Source: Basidiobolus meristosporus CBS 931.73
Taxonomy: Eukaryota; Fungi; Basidiobolomycota
Direction of reading: 5' to 3'
Assembly (NCBI GenBank): GCA_002104905.1
Contig: MCFE01000019.1
Coordinates: 1 to 64,000 of the forward strand
DNA: 64,000 nucleotides
Program-made: the position numbers and the translations under genes
The notes under the pieces: generated by a model
What the model was told of the DNA's origin: nothing
The model's input: the letters and a program-made list of their open reading frames with translations, nothing else
The model's database searches: none
Part shown: in pieces, positions 22,521 to 36,349 of the stretch
Layout: each line of letters starts with the position of its first letter
Numbering within the stretch: position 1 is the stretch's first letter

Positions 22521-24629
22521 GGTACTGGCCGCGCGATCATCAACACCTACTGCGTAGCATGCCTTGGATTGAGCAGCAGGTAAACCAAAAAAGGGATTCC
22601 TTTCCATAGGACATCCACTCTGATAGAGCAGTCATGGCCTGCTCGATTCTTCATCTGTGGCCATGCCAGGTTTGAAGGTCTCAACCCAAAATATCAGATG
22701 TCGCCAATGAAGGATGTCCATACTAAATCCTTGTTTTATGGCGAAAACGATTTACTTGATTAGTCATATCTATACGAGAGAAATCCATTGGGACGTGAGG
22801 TCAAGATACACGCATGCCCAAATTGTCCCATTTTTCTTCGGCTTATGTGGGATGCCCCTTCACGCCTGCCAATCGAGGACAAAAATGGTCAATCAGTATC
22901 GTGGCAAATCCCTCCAATTAGCTCTGGGCCTTGTCACGCTGATGACTCGATCATTGGCCGATCTAACTCCAATGGTATTTCCAAAATAGTAGGCGTAGCT
23001 GGTCATTTGAAGCATATTTGAGCAGAGTCGACGTGGCCTTCTCCGTAGATACAGCTAGTCGGCCTTAGTATGTAGATGTATGCATTGTACGCGGCTCCTT
23101 GCAATTCCATTTGATGGCAACCAGAACAGCAACGGCCGTTTCTCTTCCTTTGCTTCAACCTATATTTCCCACTGCAAGACCAGTGAGTAAGTGGTGGTCA
23201 AATCGAGCCAGAATGGCATTGAAGACAGCTTCATGATGATTATACATATGCCGTAATCCGGCGAATCTCGTTCATGGCTATATAGGTGTCAGTGTACAAA
23301 TGAATCCAGATCTAACAATGTCTAGCGTCAATGTGCAATAGCAAGTATCAATATATGTGCAACTTTAATCCACTTTTGGTGGAGAGATCAAGAATAGCCG
23401 GGGCAGATGCAAACATTGTGTACCTGTTGGATGACACCAAGTCTCAGAATACAGCCACTCTGCACCGCAACAGCTATTATTTCCACCACAGTAAGTGAGA
23501 AGTTCCTGTAATAATAGGCTTAGTGGGTGCACATTGACTTGGCAAGTGTAGCTTTCTGGAACTCTTAATGGTACACACAAAGACTGAAACATAGACATTC
23601 TTTTGTATGTAGTGAAATTGAGACAGCTGGTCAGAGTATAGATCATACTACGTTGATTGAGGTTTGCAGTGTCATGTGAGCAGTGGGCTTCTAGCTTCGC
23701 TTCATGGAAAGCCAAAGAGAAAGCCAACCCCTGCATATCCTTCACACAAATTCATGCCATTCCGGATTGGGCCGCAGATGACAGCTTTCTGAAAGCAGCA
23801 GCATCGCAACTACATGCACAATTCCACCAGACACATTAAATTGTATGTTCTAAACCCAGGCCACCATGTTTAGCATACAGTGTTATCAGGAGAGGCTGAC
23901 TGTATGTAGTTAGCTTCGGCAGGCAGATACCATATATGTATTGGATCTAGTGAGCAGGTATCAATGATTGGATTAATCAACATTATGTTCGTGTCCATGC
24001 TGGCCGTAGCAAGGTTTAAGCAATTACCGAAACCATAATCCACCGTATCATTAGCAGTAGATAACATCACCTTGGAGTGAAAGCATAAGTGGCGGATGCG
24101 GGCAATATCGGTGCCCTCCTCTGCTGAAGCAATCAGCTCCTATCTAAAAGGATGGTTTGATTGACTGCGATTGAGCAGTGGCTCTCATGGACTTGATGGA
24201 ACAATACACTTGATATGACAAAACAACAAGTGTGAAACCTGTTTCGGCAATTTAGCAAATCATCACTTTCCCAATTTCTATCATATTCCTCTTCCATCGT
24301 ATCATTTATCCTGAGTAGTCCTACGAAAAACCCATTAGCACTATATTTGAATCAAAGCGGCATTCATTGGCTGCAGTTTATCCACACACGGTGCCACCGC
24401 ACTATAAAGCCGTTTCGTCCCCCTCAACCGTTAAACTCACTTTACAGTCTCAAATCACCCGTGTTTATTTTCAGAGTTGTTTAATGCATTTGTCGAACGT
24501 ACGCTCTTGACTCTGCAAAACCTATTTAGCATTTATCTTTAACCGTCTCTTTAAACGACTGAGCCCTAATCATAGGCTGATTCTCCCCACTACTTAATTC
24601 CTGAAACCTTACCAAGTTAACCCGGCGCG

Positions 24630-25563
24630 ATGGAGCACATCGACCTTTCATATTCCGAAAATATCTTTACCGAGCAGCCCTCTATGTGTGTTGACTACCT
24701 ATCACACAACTGGACAGAAGAAGACCTCAAAGCCTCTTGGAAAATCATTACCAAATCGAAGAAATCGCTAGACAACGGCTCACGCCTTGAGAATGCCTGT
24801 TGGAGAAGTTGGGCAAAAAAAGTAAACAACCTCATGACAGTGACTCCCGAATCGCTCAACTGGTAAGTTTTGCCCCTCCCTGATCTCTGATGACGTTGCT
24901 GACTCGTTTTCCTTTAGGCAGAAGGACAGTGATATTACTTGGCTTTATGGGCCTTTCCATACTCACACCAAAACCATCTTCAATACAAACGAAAGCTTGA
25001 AGCAGGCCACCTCCACTGATGGACTTAAACCAGTCCTAAAAAAAGTGGACTCCAGTGATTTATTTTTAAATTCGCGCATTTCCCTTTCCAAATCCGCCGT
25101 ATTTTTACGGAAAGTGAGCTCCTTTGAGCGCTCAGAGCCTGTCAAACCCGAGGATAGTCGACCTAAGCTTAGGTTTAACAATCAAGTAGAGCAATGTGTC
25201 GCCATTAGCTCTGATGAAGATGATTTTAGCGATGAAGAAGGTATTGTCTTCAACACTCATCCATCCAGAAGAGCCAACTCTACCATTCTGAAGATTCAAC
25301 CTACTCGACTGAAACAAGAGCCGATGATCCGTGAAAGCCACCCTTGGTCTTCATCCACCGACTACTTCTCTGCATACGACGAGGATGATCTGAGTATATT
25401 TGAAAAAGAATATTGGTCTGCCTCGGATGAAGGGAACGCAGAAATCATATCCTCGGGCCCAGATATATTGTCCTCGCTTGATAAATGCCTGACTGTGGCG
25501 AACAACTTGTATGACATCGTGTCCTGGTTATCTGCGACTATCATGAACACTAGTATATTTTAA
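24630..25563 (+). CDS. REG1: Reg1-like protein phosphatase 1 regulatory subunit (DUF1752 domain; intron 24863-24917)
   Basis: VDYLSHNWTEEDLKASWK...RLENACWRSWAK...LNW|QKDSDITWLYGP, LKPVLKK, and the PP1-docking-like LRFNNQVEQCVAI. Confidence 0.85.
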
Positions 25564-26757
25564 CCGAAAGATCCTCGTCGTGGCTCGTTGCTGACATCTA
25601 CCTCGCCCAAATGGCGTTTGCATCATAATCCATATACATCCACTCCGTCCTTAAAACATTCCTACGAGTCTGGAGTTTTTTTGCTCATTACAACCCACCC
25701 TATCATTATGTAAGTATGGCCCTCATTTCTTAGGTATTGTAACATAGTCTGCGCCAATTCAATTTTCAATCTCTCCCGCATGTTTAATTTATATTCTATG
25801 TTACAACATCGCCTTGGCTTCCACAGGATGGAAGTCAAAGCCTCACAATTAATACGATCATTGAGACACGAGTGCTTCTTGTCATCAGTAAACACTTTTA
25901 AACCGCATGCCAGTGAGCGGGGTCGCTTTGCGGAGGGAACATCAATCGTTGGTCTGCACCATACGACAAGTGCGAGAGTGATCTGTTGCATACCAAACAC
26001 CACTCCAGCCATAGCACATAGCCGCCTGATAGCCGGGGGAGCTCCGCTATTTTTAGCAACACATGGGCCATCAGAAGCCCAATCGTGCTATTTCTGTTAG
26101 TGATGGCTGCTGCTTTCACACTCCCATTCATTGCTAGAAGAGTGAAGGCTGACATCATGAACATAACACCATTTTTGTATTCGATCCAGGGTGTTCAGAT
26201 CAAATGATTTCACTCTCGTTTATTGTTTGGTTGCGCAGCGAGTGAGATGAGCAAGGACCACCAATCCATGTGGTATCCACTGTTCATCATGAAGTGCATT
26301 GCGGTGGTGTGAGCAAATGGCCAGTGAAAGCTCCAATAGGTCGATCCAATCCACGTCGGGCCCGTGAACGTTGCCATTGGTAATCCCGAGGAGATTCTAA
26401 ATGGATCCCAAGCATTCCGGGAAATGTAATACTCGTGTAGTTGGCTGGTCTGGGATAAGGATGAGGATGGATGATACAATCAAAACGTGAACTCAAGTAA
26501 CTGGACAAATCAAAGAAATGGGATTATCGGACACAGATTCGAAGCGGGTGTAGGCGAGCGCTCAGCGTCTTGGCAAGGAGAATCGATATGATACAAACTC
26601 TGCCAAGCTTGCGATTCTCGAGCGATGCAAGTCAGCCTAGGCCCCATGGTCATTTTGTGCGAACAGTGGTTTATTGTGGGCATCAAGTTTAGAAGATGGA
26701 ATACAAGCAAGAAATATTAATCAGAAATAAAGAACAAGGAATTAGCCTATTTTATAA

Positions 26758-27630
26758 TTAGGCACGTAATGCGGATAATCTAGCTTGCATTTCATCAAGC
26801 TCTGGTTCTTCTTCAGGCTCGGCTTCTGACTGAAGTGGGGCACCAACAGGTGTGGCTTCGCCAAGTAGCCCTTCAGTAACTTGGAACAGTACTTTGTTAA
26901 CCTCCTCGTCAGCCTCTTCCTCAATATCTTCGTCTTCAAATGCATCTAGTGTGTCGCCTATCATTTCCTCCATGATGCCAGCCTACAAAAATAAAAGTTC
27001 AATACAGGACTTCTCATTTGGAGGCTTGCACGACAAACAAACCTTCGTCATCTCCATTGCCATTGTTTCCATGGTCTGGGATATCTCTGGGAGTTTAACT
27101 AAGCGATTGACCAAAGTCATTACTTCCGTACTCTTTTGGAGAGAACCGGCAACCTTTAAGGTGGCTACAAAAGCAAAAAGAGCCTTTTTTAACGATAAGT
27201 GTGCATACCAACCTGGGAATTGAACAACTTACCGAGCTGCTGTTGAAGCTGCATCAAAATAGAGTTGAGCTGAGCTTTACTGGTGTGTATCCGGTCTTTC
27301 TGTTTTCTCGAGCGAACAAGCTCCTTGGCTAACATCTTACAGTTGGTTATATCCTTCTTCTTTGCCAACTGTTTCATAGACCGCTTAATCTTCACTTCCT
27401 CCGACTCGATCCCCCTGATTTGTCTGTCCAGAGTCCGTTCTTGTGCGCGAATGCTTTGCCTCCATTTGCGAACCTATATCATAGATGTCAGAGGTGAGAT
27501 GTGATGGCCGTTTTGCGAGGCAGTAGACTGAGGAGTATGAGTGGATTCCTTAATCCAATCAGGTGAAAAATCCGCAGGATATTACCATCTCTTCCGGTGG
27601 TGGTGGTCTTCCCAATATGCGGTTCATCAT
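26758..27630 (-). CDS. VPS24: ESCRT-III subunit Vps24/CHMP3 (Snf7 family, 4 exons)
   Basis: VRKWRQSIRAQERTLDRQIRGI, CKMLAKELVRSRKQ, ATLKVAGSLQKSTEVM, AGIMEEMIGDTL, and the C-terminal MIM EMQARLSALRA. Confidence 0.95.
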
Positions 27631-28616
27631 CTTGAGTAAAGTTAACGCGTAAGGTTTTCTTAGGCTGGGTGGAGAGAAGAGATATGGAAATGATATGAGG
27701 AGCCGATCTACGCTGTATATACCATCATAGATATCGTGATATCCAACAATTAATCAGTCCTGATTCAATACATGTTTGCAATAAGTGATTAAAACGCTAA
27801 GGTCTTTTTGATTAGACGCGAATGTGGACACCACGGCTAGTCGATCGATAGTCCGATTAATCCCAATCATCACCACATCAAGTGTTAGTTTCGAAAGTAA
27901 CCACTCTGCTGCCATAATACAGTAAAATACTGGGTAAGAATTCATGGCTTCCCCTGAGATCCGATTGAGGGCATATGGGCGCATAAAAAGTATGACGTAT
28001 CACGAGTCAGCTCTTATCTCATTGAGAACTACTTGAAGTCGGAAAATAGACTCCGGTACTATGTCCAGATACATGCAAGCGGCCATCCTGTACGGAACTC
28101 ATACCTGGTACAAATGAATCCAAGCAATGGACTGTTCAAGTCCTTGCCGCTTGCTACCATTCCATTTCATATTGAACAGAGCACAAGCCGCGCTAAAGCT
28201 CGCTCCAAGCGAGAGTTCACTTTGATGGTCCGGTTGATGAAAGGATGGGGTTTGAGGATCAGTGCCATATGCTAACCATCATGGATGGGCTTCAACTTGG
28301 GAGAAACAAGGGTTGACTGCACATTCACAATGACCACTATTCAATAGGGAAGCATGACCAATCAGGGTACATCATATGAAATGGCTGTGGCAGTCATAGG
28401 AGTTACAAAAAAGGTAGCGAATAGAGTCACAGCACAGTGATTACTTGGACAATCCATCGGTCTTGGTGGCTACATCATCAGCTGTATTGCCATAAGATTC
28501 ATATAAAATTCTTATATTGGTAGTTCGGCTGATTTTGTTTTCTCTTTTCTACTCTCTACATCACACAAGTGTCCCTGTATTTTTATTTGTTCTGTCGCTT
28601 TTACTAGATCTTGGTT

Positions 28617-30178
28617 ATGGAAAGTGACCCCATAATGGCATCAAAACCCACGCACACTGCTTATGTCCACCCTGTAGAAGATGATTTTGAGGTTGATTCT
28701 GAGGAAGAGCTCATTCCTGTCCCTTTACTACAGCCACCTCCGGACAATTATCGTCTAGTGTATTTTATTTTCCTACTGCAGGGAGCGGCCATGTTGCTGC
28801 CCTGGAATGGTAGTAGCTTAACAGCTGATATATGTTAGCACCTGATCTCTAATTGAACTGATTTGTTGTTCACAGTCTTCATAACTGCTTCCGAATACTT
28901 TCATTTGAAATTTCAAGGCTCCGCCTACGCCAACAATTTTCAAAACTACTTCTCGATATGTTTTATGACTTCAAATCTAGGCTTTCTTACCTGGGCTTTG
29001 GTTACCCAAAAAGAGGTTGGTCCCATCAGGAACACGTGCCCTGAATCTTGCATTAAACCTACTCTTAGGCAAATTTCCCGCGTAGAATCGTTAGCTCACT
29101 GATCACCAACGTCTTGATCTTTGCGGTATGCATCTACCTGGTTGTGAATCCCCATATCACTCCAGATGCCTCGTTTTACCTGGTTATGGCATTACTTGTA
29201 TGTTCTGGAGCTACCACATCGTACTTACAAAATGCGGTATTTGGGTTGGTGTCAGATTTTGCGCCCATATATATGCAGGCTGTTATGAGGTATGGAATGA
29301 TGTACCTGGCGAGCACCGCGTTATAGTCGGTAATCAGTATCTTCTGTAGCGGACAAGGCTTTGTGGGAACCTCTGTCGCCGCCACCCAGATCATAAGTGC
29401 CATCGCAGCGAAAAACTCCAACAACAGCGGAAATACTGATGATGCGCTCCAATATCGGGTTTACATGTATTTCATCTGTTCGCTACTCGTTGCAGTCATA
29501 TCACTCGGGTCCTATTACATGCTTGAACGCCAACCATTGTACGAATTTTACATCGCCCAAAAAAGCGCACTGGAGGACAGTGATCGGGACCACCCTCGCT
29601 TGAATCCAGTCAATTTCCGACAGTCGATCTCGCAAACTTTCCATTCCATTCGCTCGTTGGTGCTTGCGATAATTCTGATCTTCCTGGTCACTTTAGGATT
29701 GTTCCCATCCATTACCTCCAAAATTCGATCGATTAACAGTCAAGGCCTCTTCAAGGAGCTGTTCATAGAATTCCATTTTCTGGTGTTCAACATCGGTGAC
29801 TGGATAGGAAGAAGCTTACCAGGAAATGAACACTTTGTGTTCTCTGACGAGAGAAAACTATTGCTAAGCTCAGCTGCACGTATCCTATTTATTCCGATCT
29901 TCTTGAGTAGTAACCTGATGTTTAATGGGGTTAGATACCTCCCATTAGTCGTTGCCGACGATTTAATCTATATGATACTTCTACTCCTATTTGCCATATC
30001 CAACGGCTATCTTAGCTCGTTGATCATGATGGCTGGCCCCCAAAAAGTAGCCAAGTCACAGAAAGAGCTGGCCGGCACTATCTTGACTCTCATGCTAACT
30101 CTTGGACTAGCTCTGGGCTCAGCCCTATCCTTCCCCCTGGTAGCAATTGCGTGCCATTGCAACCCATTCGACGTTTAG
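28617..30178 (+). CDS. Equilibrative nucleoside transporter (ENT/SLC29, Fun26-like), multi-exon
   Basis: LVYFIFLLQGAAMLLPWN|VFITASEYF, LQNAVFGL, VTLGLFPSIT, FNIGDWIGR, FAISNGYLSSLIMMAGP, GLALGSALSF. Confidence 0.93.
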
Positions 30179-30630
30179 GTTCAGCATCACTCACACACCT
30201 CCAACACCGATACATGTGATTCAAGAATCAATAATAGCTGCGGAGATTGGATATTGTATTGTAATGGATTTGATTCGATTTTATAATAATAATTGTGAAA
30301 TTCCAGTATTACACAATAAATTGACTATACATAAGGAAACGGTAGGTGAATACCATCTGAAATTCCGATCGCAGAGGCCCATGTGTTACAGTAGTGTGTA
30401 AGGGTCAAGCCCAAGGTGGCCTCATGAATATCAACATACATTGAAGGCCCCAAGCTGCCAAAGGAAATCAAGGAGGGTTGGATGAAGGGGTTACTAATCG
30501 CTGTTGAACAAAGGATAGTAGACGCAATATGAAGAGAAGACCATCTCTTCGGTGTTTTTCTATTTCAGATAAAGGCCTTGAGCGAGGGGATAAACTTTAC
30601 AACCTAGCCGGCAGATTGTGGTTGGCTATC

Positions 30631-31092
30631 TCAGATGATTACCTTCACATAGGTTGGTGCACTCATCGAGTATTTAGGTGACTGGATGATGTGACTAGGG
30701 TCTATATATTGGAAGTCATCAGTGGCAAGAGAGGAAATCGAGGAGTCGTCGTCATCATGGGAAACTGGGCCGGTTTCTACCCACTTTTCCCTGAGCCAAG
30801 GTATGCTTACTTTACACATATTTGCCGGGAACGAGCCAAGGTTTTTGGCCGGGTCATCCTGCAGAAATCCCACAAAGTAATCATCATTCTTTTCAATTAC
30901 ATGAATGATATCTCCCTTTGAAAATGATAACGCATCAGTCAGCTTTTCATCTCCATGGTAATCTCCGAGTGCTTCAACAACCGATACTATACGGCTTGAA
31001 TAAACATTGATCGAGGTCAAGAAGTTGGAGGTGGCAGGCTTCACATCAACCATACGTGAATACGATTTTGACCGAAAGCAACATAGGAGCAT
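30631..31092 (-). CDS. Small SH3-domain protein with an N-terminal di-cysteine
   Basis: VEALGDY...LSFSKGDIIHVIEK..DYFVG......GSFPANMC matches the SH3 consensus. The protein begins MLLCCFR and has an acidic, Ser-rich tail. Confidence 0.75.
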   Translation of the reverse strand: MLLCCFRSKSYSRMVDVKPATSNFLTSINVYSSRIVSVVEALGDYHGDEKLTDALSFSKGDIIHVIEKNDDYFVGFLQDDPAKNLGSFPANMCKVSIPWLREKWVETGPVSHDDDDSSISSLATDDFQYIDPSHIIQSPKYSMSAPTYVKVII

Positions 31093-31842
31093 GATCTGCG
31101 TAAAATAGTGGGCTAAAGTTCAAGTGCTTGATTAAATGAAGGTGGCCATTCCCATGTCCTATATATATACAGTGAACAAAGAACTGCATCAATACGGATC
31201 TGGTGGCGATTGAACGAAATCAGGGGGAATTAGGATGTACATCAGTAGTACTAATGAATAGATACCTTTTTTTCTTGAGCTCTAATTCACTGAACGCTTC
31301 AGGGACGCCACACCTATGACTACCAGAGTGGAAAAGTTCATCCGCAAGATGAGACTCCTCAGGGAGGGGGAAGATGGGATGAATAGGAGAGCTGCATTAG
31401 GCAATATTTCTAGAGAGGATGCTGCCATTCATATCCCTAAGGAGAAAGGTACCCACCCCGATGGGGCGACTATGCCCTGTTCAATACAGAATCATAGAAA
31501 TATTGAGGTCAGTCGGTTTCCCAAGCATCAGACCATAAAAGAGTTACCTGGAGCATCCGATTCATCGATTAAACAGTGTCTATGGGTACATGATGCGTTG
31601 GCCTTTGTCCCCAGGAGCGGTACCAATCTATACCTTTCTTATGACTCTCCGGTTGGTTTTAACCTCAGCAGGACTCCGGATGTCTAGACTTATAGTGACA
31701 CTTAATCATAACATGATATCATATACGATCACTAAATAATCTCTGACTCACTACAGTAATTATACAAGACTTGCTGTAAAGAAACATGAACGGTTGTATC
31801 ATTATAATGCAACTACCATCCCACCTTAGCTGTAAGCATGCT

Positions 31843-31864
31843 TATATATATATATATATATATA
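31843..31864. repeat. (TA)11 microsatellite
   Basis: Direct observation. Confidence 0.9.
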
Positions 31865-33009
31865 GTTATATGAATCCAAAGACAATGTGTCGATATGCCT
31901 TAAGTCTCAATTAAAATTGGATTAGTGGCTACCATCAGATGTATGACAATGTACCAATGCTTTTGTTCATAGCAGCCCTGGCCTAGCTATGGAGAAGCAC
32001 TAGCACCAATCCCTACTTTAGAATGGTGCTAACACCATGGGTTGAAACTACACACCTGTTATGATTCGCAGAACCGGTAGACAATTCCGCTTTCTTTTTA
32101 TATGGCAATGTTGTTTTTCATCCTGGAGTAGTATAGCGTATATAGCCTCAAGTCCAGTTCTAGTGGTCTTTGTTCTTTCTTTGTATACAACCTGCTTTTG
32201 CATTTAGCCTAGTCATACTGCAGTCAGTCATCCCTATTGTAGGTTGCTGCTTGGGTGATCGGCTTACAAAAAGTGCTACAGGAGTCCAAGATGTTATTCA
32301 ATAACCACTCATGTGTTCTTGAGCATGGATACAGTGATGTGTGCGTAAAAGGTGGGAATCACAGAGTTCTTGCAATCCTGATGAGTGTCCCACGTCGATG
32401 AAATCTATAACGTCATCGATATTTCAAGCAGTGAGCACAAGTGATATATGACATATGAGATGAATTTCCGGCTTCAATTTTAATAACGGGAATGAGCAAT
32501 GTCTGGTTGCTATCAAGTTGTTCAAATATCCTGGTGTATAACACTTGGAAGCGTAATACCAATTGCCGACCTAGCCGAAGCATAATAGAAAGAATTGAAT
32601 CGCGAGTCTCAGAATAGTAACTAAGACTGTTTCATTTACATTTAAGGTTCTTCCAATATAATTCATGCATCAGTCAATTTCCAGTATTGGTTGAGCATTA
32701 ATATATATACACGTACTGAGCCAATAGCAACCCACTCATTAAGGCTCGTTATGAAGCAATTCAAATGTAAGAGTCTAACGAAAGTCAATCGATTTGCTTT
32801 TTGTGAAATCCATTCTTCCTGACTTGCGACTAACTTAACGATTGTTTTCTTTCTAGTTTTGCTTTTTTTCTCCCCCATTTTAAAGCACTACCTGCTACAT
32901 CACACTTTAAAGCCTTAGCCGTTAAAATCCAACAACAAAACCCTTCATATCTCGTAAGATATTGCCCACTTAATAGTATTGAATATACACAAAACCTTTG
33001 AGTAAAACA

Positions 33010-35181
33010 ATGAATTCCCTGTGGAGTGGTGTTCGTCAGGCTTTGGCAAACAAGACACCATTCTTTACACCTGGGCAATCAAGTAAGAAGCGAGAATTCA
33101 GCTTGCACACAATCACTAAAAGTAATAGTAGCTGTACAAGCTCGAAGAGCACCGAGATAGAGGAGGAAGACAAATCTGATTCAATTTCTACCGAAGTAGC
33201 GGAGTCTCTCGCTTCAGTTAATGATAACAACATTGCGGCCAGGACGTCTTGCAAGATTAGACGTAGCAACGGAATCAGAGAACCCCTTGGCCCAATAAGG
33301 TCGGTACAAAGGGATAGCGACGAAACGAAGAGAATCCGCTGGGAAGAGCGGGTAAGCGAGATGTCCTGTAGATATTGAGAGAAATGATCCAAATACTTAT
33401 GGAATGTCTAGCAGAGGATACGAAAAGAACGAAAAAAGCGAAAGAAGAAATTAGCTGGTAAACCCTAAACTTCATTTTGGCTCCATGTTGATTTGAGCGT
33501 AGACATTGCGACAAGCATATTAACGCATATTTCTCGATGTAGAATTGGATCGAAGAAAATCCTTGCCAGCACCAAAGCCCAGAATCCGGGTTGAAGATGG
33601 GGAGCAAGATAACACAGAAAAACTGAAGTCCTCCACCATGCGATACCCAACCATATCAAAATCAGTCAAAAATTTCTTCAGCGCTTTTGAAACTGTACTT
33701 CAAAAAAGAAAGTACAGGGAGACCCAGAGATACTCGTCACTATTTGATCACCCTAATGAGACGACGGATAAGCATTCGTTAAAAGTGTTTGTTGGTACTT
33801 GGAATATGTACGGCAAAGTAGGTCATTTTAATGGAAATTCTCTCGACTTTCAGTTCTAACTAGAAACCGTACCTGGTAGCCCGCTCCAAAGGCATTGCAT
33901 CCATTTATCGAGACACCGAATCGGACACAAACAAATAGTGCACCGTATTTAAGCACAAGTCTCACCCATCCGTACCATCTACTAGTGATTGGAACACAAG
34001 AATGTCAACGCCCAATCTCAGAATCTGTGCTATTCCCATCCAAGGAAGAATGGGAAAATCAACTCATCGAGCTATTGGGACCCCAATACGTTCTGGTAAA
34101 GACCGAAACCATGGTGGCTTTGCATTTAGCGGTGTTTGTTTGGAAAGAGTGTAAGCACTGGATCAAAGGTAATTTCAAGCGAAGCAACCATTCTAGACGG
34201 TAGAATACTCATCACTATTATTGATTAAGACAAGCATTCTGGGCAAGTCGCTACTGGAATAGGCGGAGTGATCGCCAACAAAGGTGGAGTCGGGATCTCG
34301 CTCCTCTTTGGGACCACCTCATTTCTCTTCATCAACAGTCACTTTACAGGTAGAGTGCAGAACGTTAATGACTCTGTAAGTAACACGTAGCTTATACACG
34401 GATTCTTTAGCGCACGAGCACAAGGTAGTCGAAAGAAACTATGACTATAAACGAATCGAAAGAGAGCTGCGGCTGGATGGCTATGATCCAAGTAAAGGTA
34501 GCTATAAAATTGCGACAAGTGGCTAGACCTCTAATAATACTCCTTTTTAACCTTAGAAAAGGCGGCCTTTGTAAGCGATCGGTTTGATTATACTTTCTGG
34601 TTCGGTGATTTAAATTATCGAGTCATGGAGAAGAGATCGGTTATAGATGCAAAGTTAAAAGAAGGCGATCTAAAGGTGCATCCATCTTGGATATGTGTTT
34701 TGCCTCCTGAATCTAATTCTCCATCATGTAGTATCTCCACGCGCGTGAGCAGCTGATGATCGAACGTTCAAGTGGAAATGTATTTGATGGATTTGATGAG
34801 GGACTAGTAAATTTCCCGCCCACTTATAAATTTGACGTAGTCCCACATAACCCATCACCAAGTACAAATGGGGAGCCATTAAGTGACCCAGACATCTATG
34901 ACTCAAGCAGCAAAGCCCGGATACCGTCCTGGACTGATAGGGTACTGTTCAAAGGAAATGGTGGAAAAGTCAAAGTGTATCAATATACTTCGCTGATGGA
35001 CATGCGTGGATCAGATCATAAGCCGGTTGTTGGGATATTCTCAGTGGAATTCAATTGGAGAAGAGAACTGATCCTGGAACTCCAGAAATCGTTCGAACAA
35101 GGAACTGTGGACCAAACAATTGAGCAACAGAGAGATCTTCGTCTTGCCAAGGAACAAAACGCTTTTTGCACCATGCAATGA
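33010..35181 (+). CDS. Inositol polyphosphate 5-phosphatase, INPP5E-like, with a C-terminal CaaX (multi-exon)
   Basis: LKVFVGTWNM, LLVIGTQEC, IANKGGVG, FINSHF, FWFGDLNYRV, FPPTYKFD, RIPSWTDRVLFK and SDHKPV. Phase-consistent introns link the Ser-rich N-terminal exon. The protein ends CTMQ-stop. Confidence 0.93.
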
Positions 35182-36234
35182 TCAACGGATCCGAACCGCA
35201 TTTATGTGAAGTCGATTTTTGGTTTAATAGGAATTGGCGACCCCTAGGATTCACTGTCGAGTTGAAAAGTTGCAAGTCAACCTTCACATCTATCAGCTGA
35301 ATGTTGAACTGGTGGATATTCATAATTGTTTTATATAGATTTCGCGAAGGATATCCTCTGTATTATTTTCCATCCACTGCTCGAATAAACATCGCTTAAT
35401 TAAAGTACGAGAATAAAAGTCCCCAGGTATTGTACAAGAGAGAGTTACATCGCTGGTTCACCTGGGTTGCACTCTGTGGTGGCTCTTCTGCTACTCTTCC
35501 AAGAAAATCATGTCATGAATATCCTCCTGGTGGTTGCTGGTCCAAGCTTTGTGACTAGAGCGAATTCTGGATCACGATGAATGTTACACATCGATTTATG
35601 TGCGACTACGATGGCATTTAGACTGATGAGTCATCATACTTGTTCTCGAAGCAACACTTCATCGCACATGTTGACAACGCTTACTTGGTAGATTTGCATA
35701 TGGAAAGTAAGAATGCTTCAAGTTGCCACCTGAGGTTGATCAATTACTGATAAGACTTATGACTTTAGCAAATTTAATCTTCCACATTTACCTATTTTAG
35801 TCATACCTCGGCCCATTGAGTCTTAGAGCAACGCTCCTTCCGCCTGGGATCATCTAATTGATACATGGCTCATGCTATGCCTATATGGCCCAACGTTATT
35901 GGCAGCCCAGCATTCCGCAATTGGGTACTAGAGTATCGTAAAGAGGCTGATGTAGAAGTGGATTTATGATGACTCCACAAAAATCCGATTTGGAGGGCCA
36001 ACTGACTGGGTAAATTTAATATCATTGGACTATAGTGGCCTGTGCCTCACCACTGATTTGATGATTCAGCCAACTAGTAATGTTGGCTGAGTTCACAGCA
36101 ATTGGCTAAGTGGTGCACATGCTTTTCGAAATTCCTTTACCAAATCACTGTTATTAGGCACATATTACATTATATTGCAGATCATACTCTGATCCTCACT
36201 TCGTCATATGATGTAATGACTCTCAATTCAAATG

Positions 36235-36260
36235 TATATATATATATATATATATATATA
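36235..36260. repeat. (TA)13 microsatellite
   Basis: Direct observation. Confidence 0.9.
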
Positions 36261-36349
36261 CGCGTAGGCAATAGAGCATGAGAAACGAATTAGACCAAAC
36301 TCATTGCAACCTCTAGATCTACTAACGAGAACATAGAGCCTTGAACACC

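Noticed and set aside
31316-31687. 123-codon ORF downstream of the SH3 gene promoter region
   Set aside because: No recognisable motif, splice signals or typical composition, so I cannot support it as a gene.
36064-36092. 9-bp inverted repeat (TCAGCCAAC...GTTGGCTGA) as a possible structured RNA
   Set aside because: It is too short to distinguish from chance, and I see no other ncRNA hallmark.
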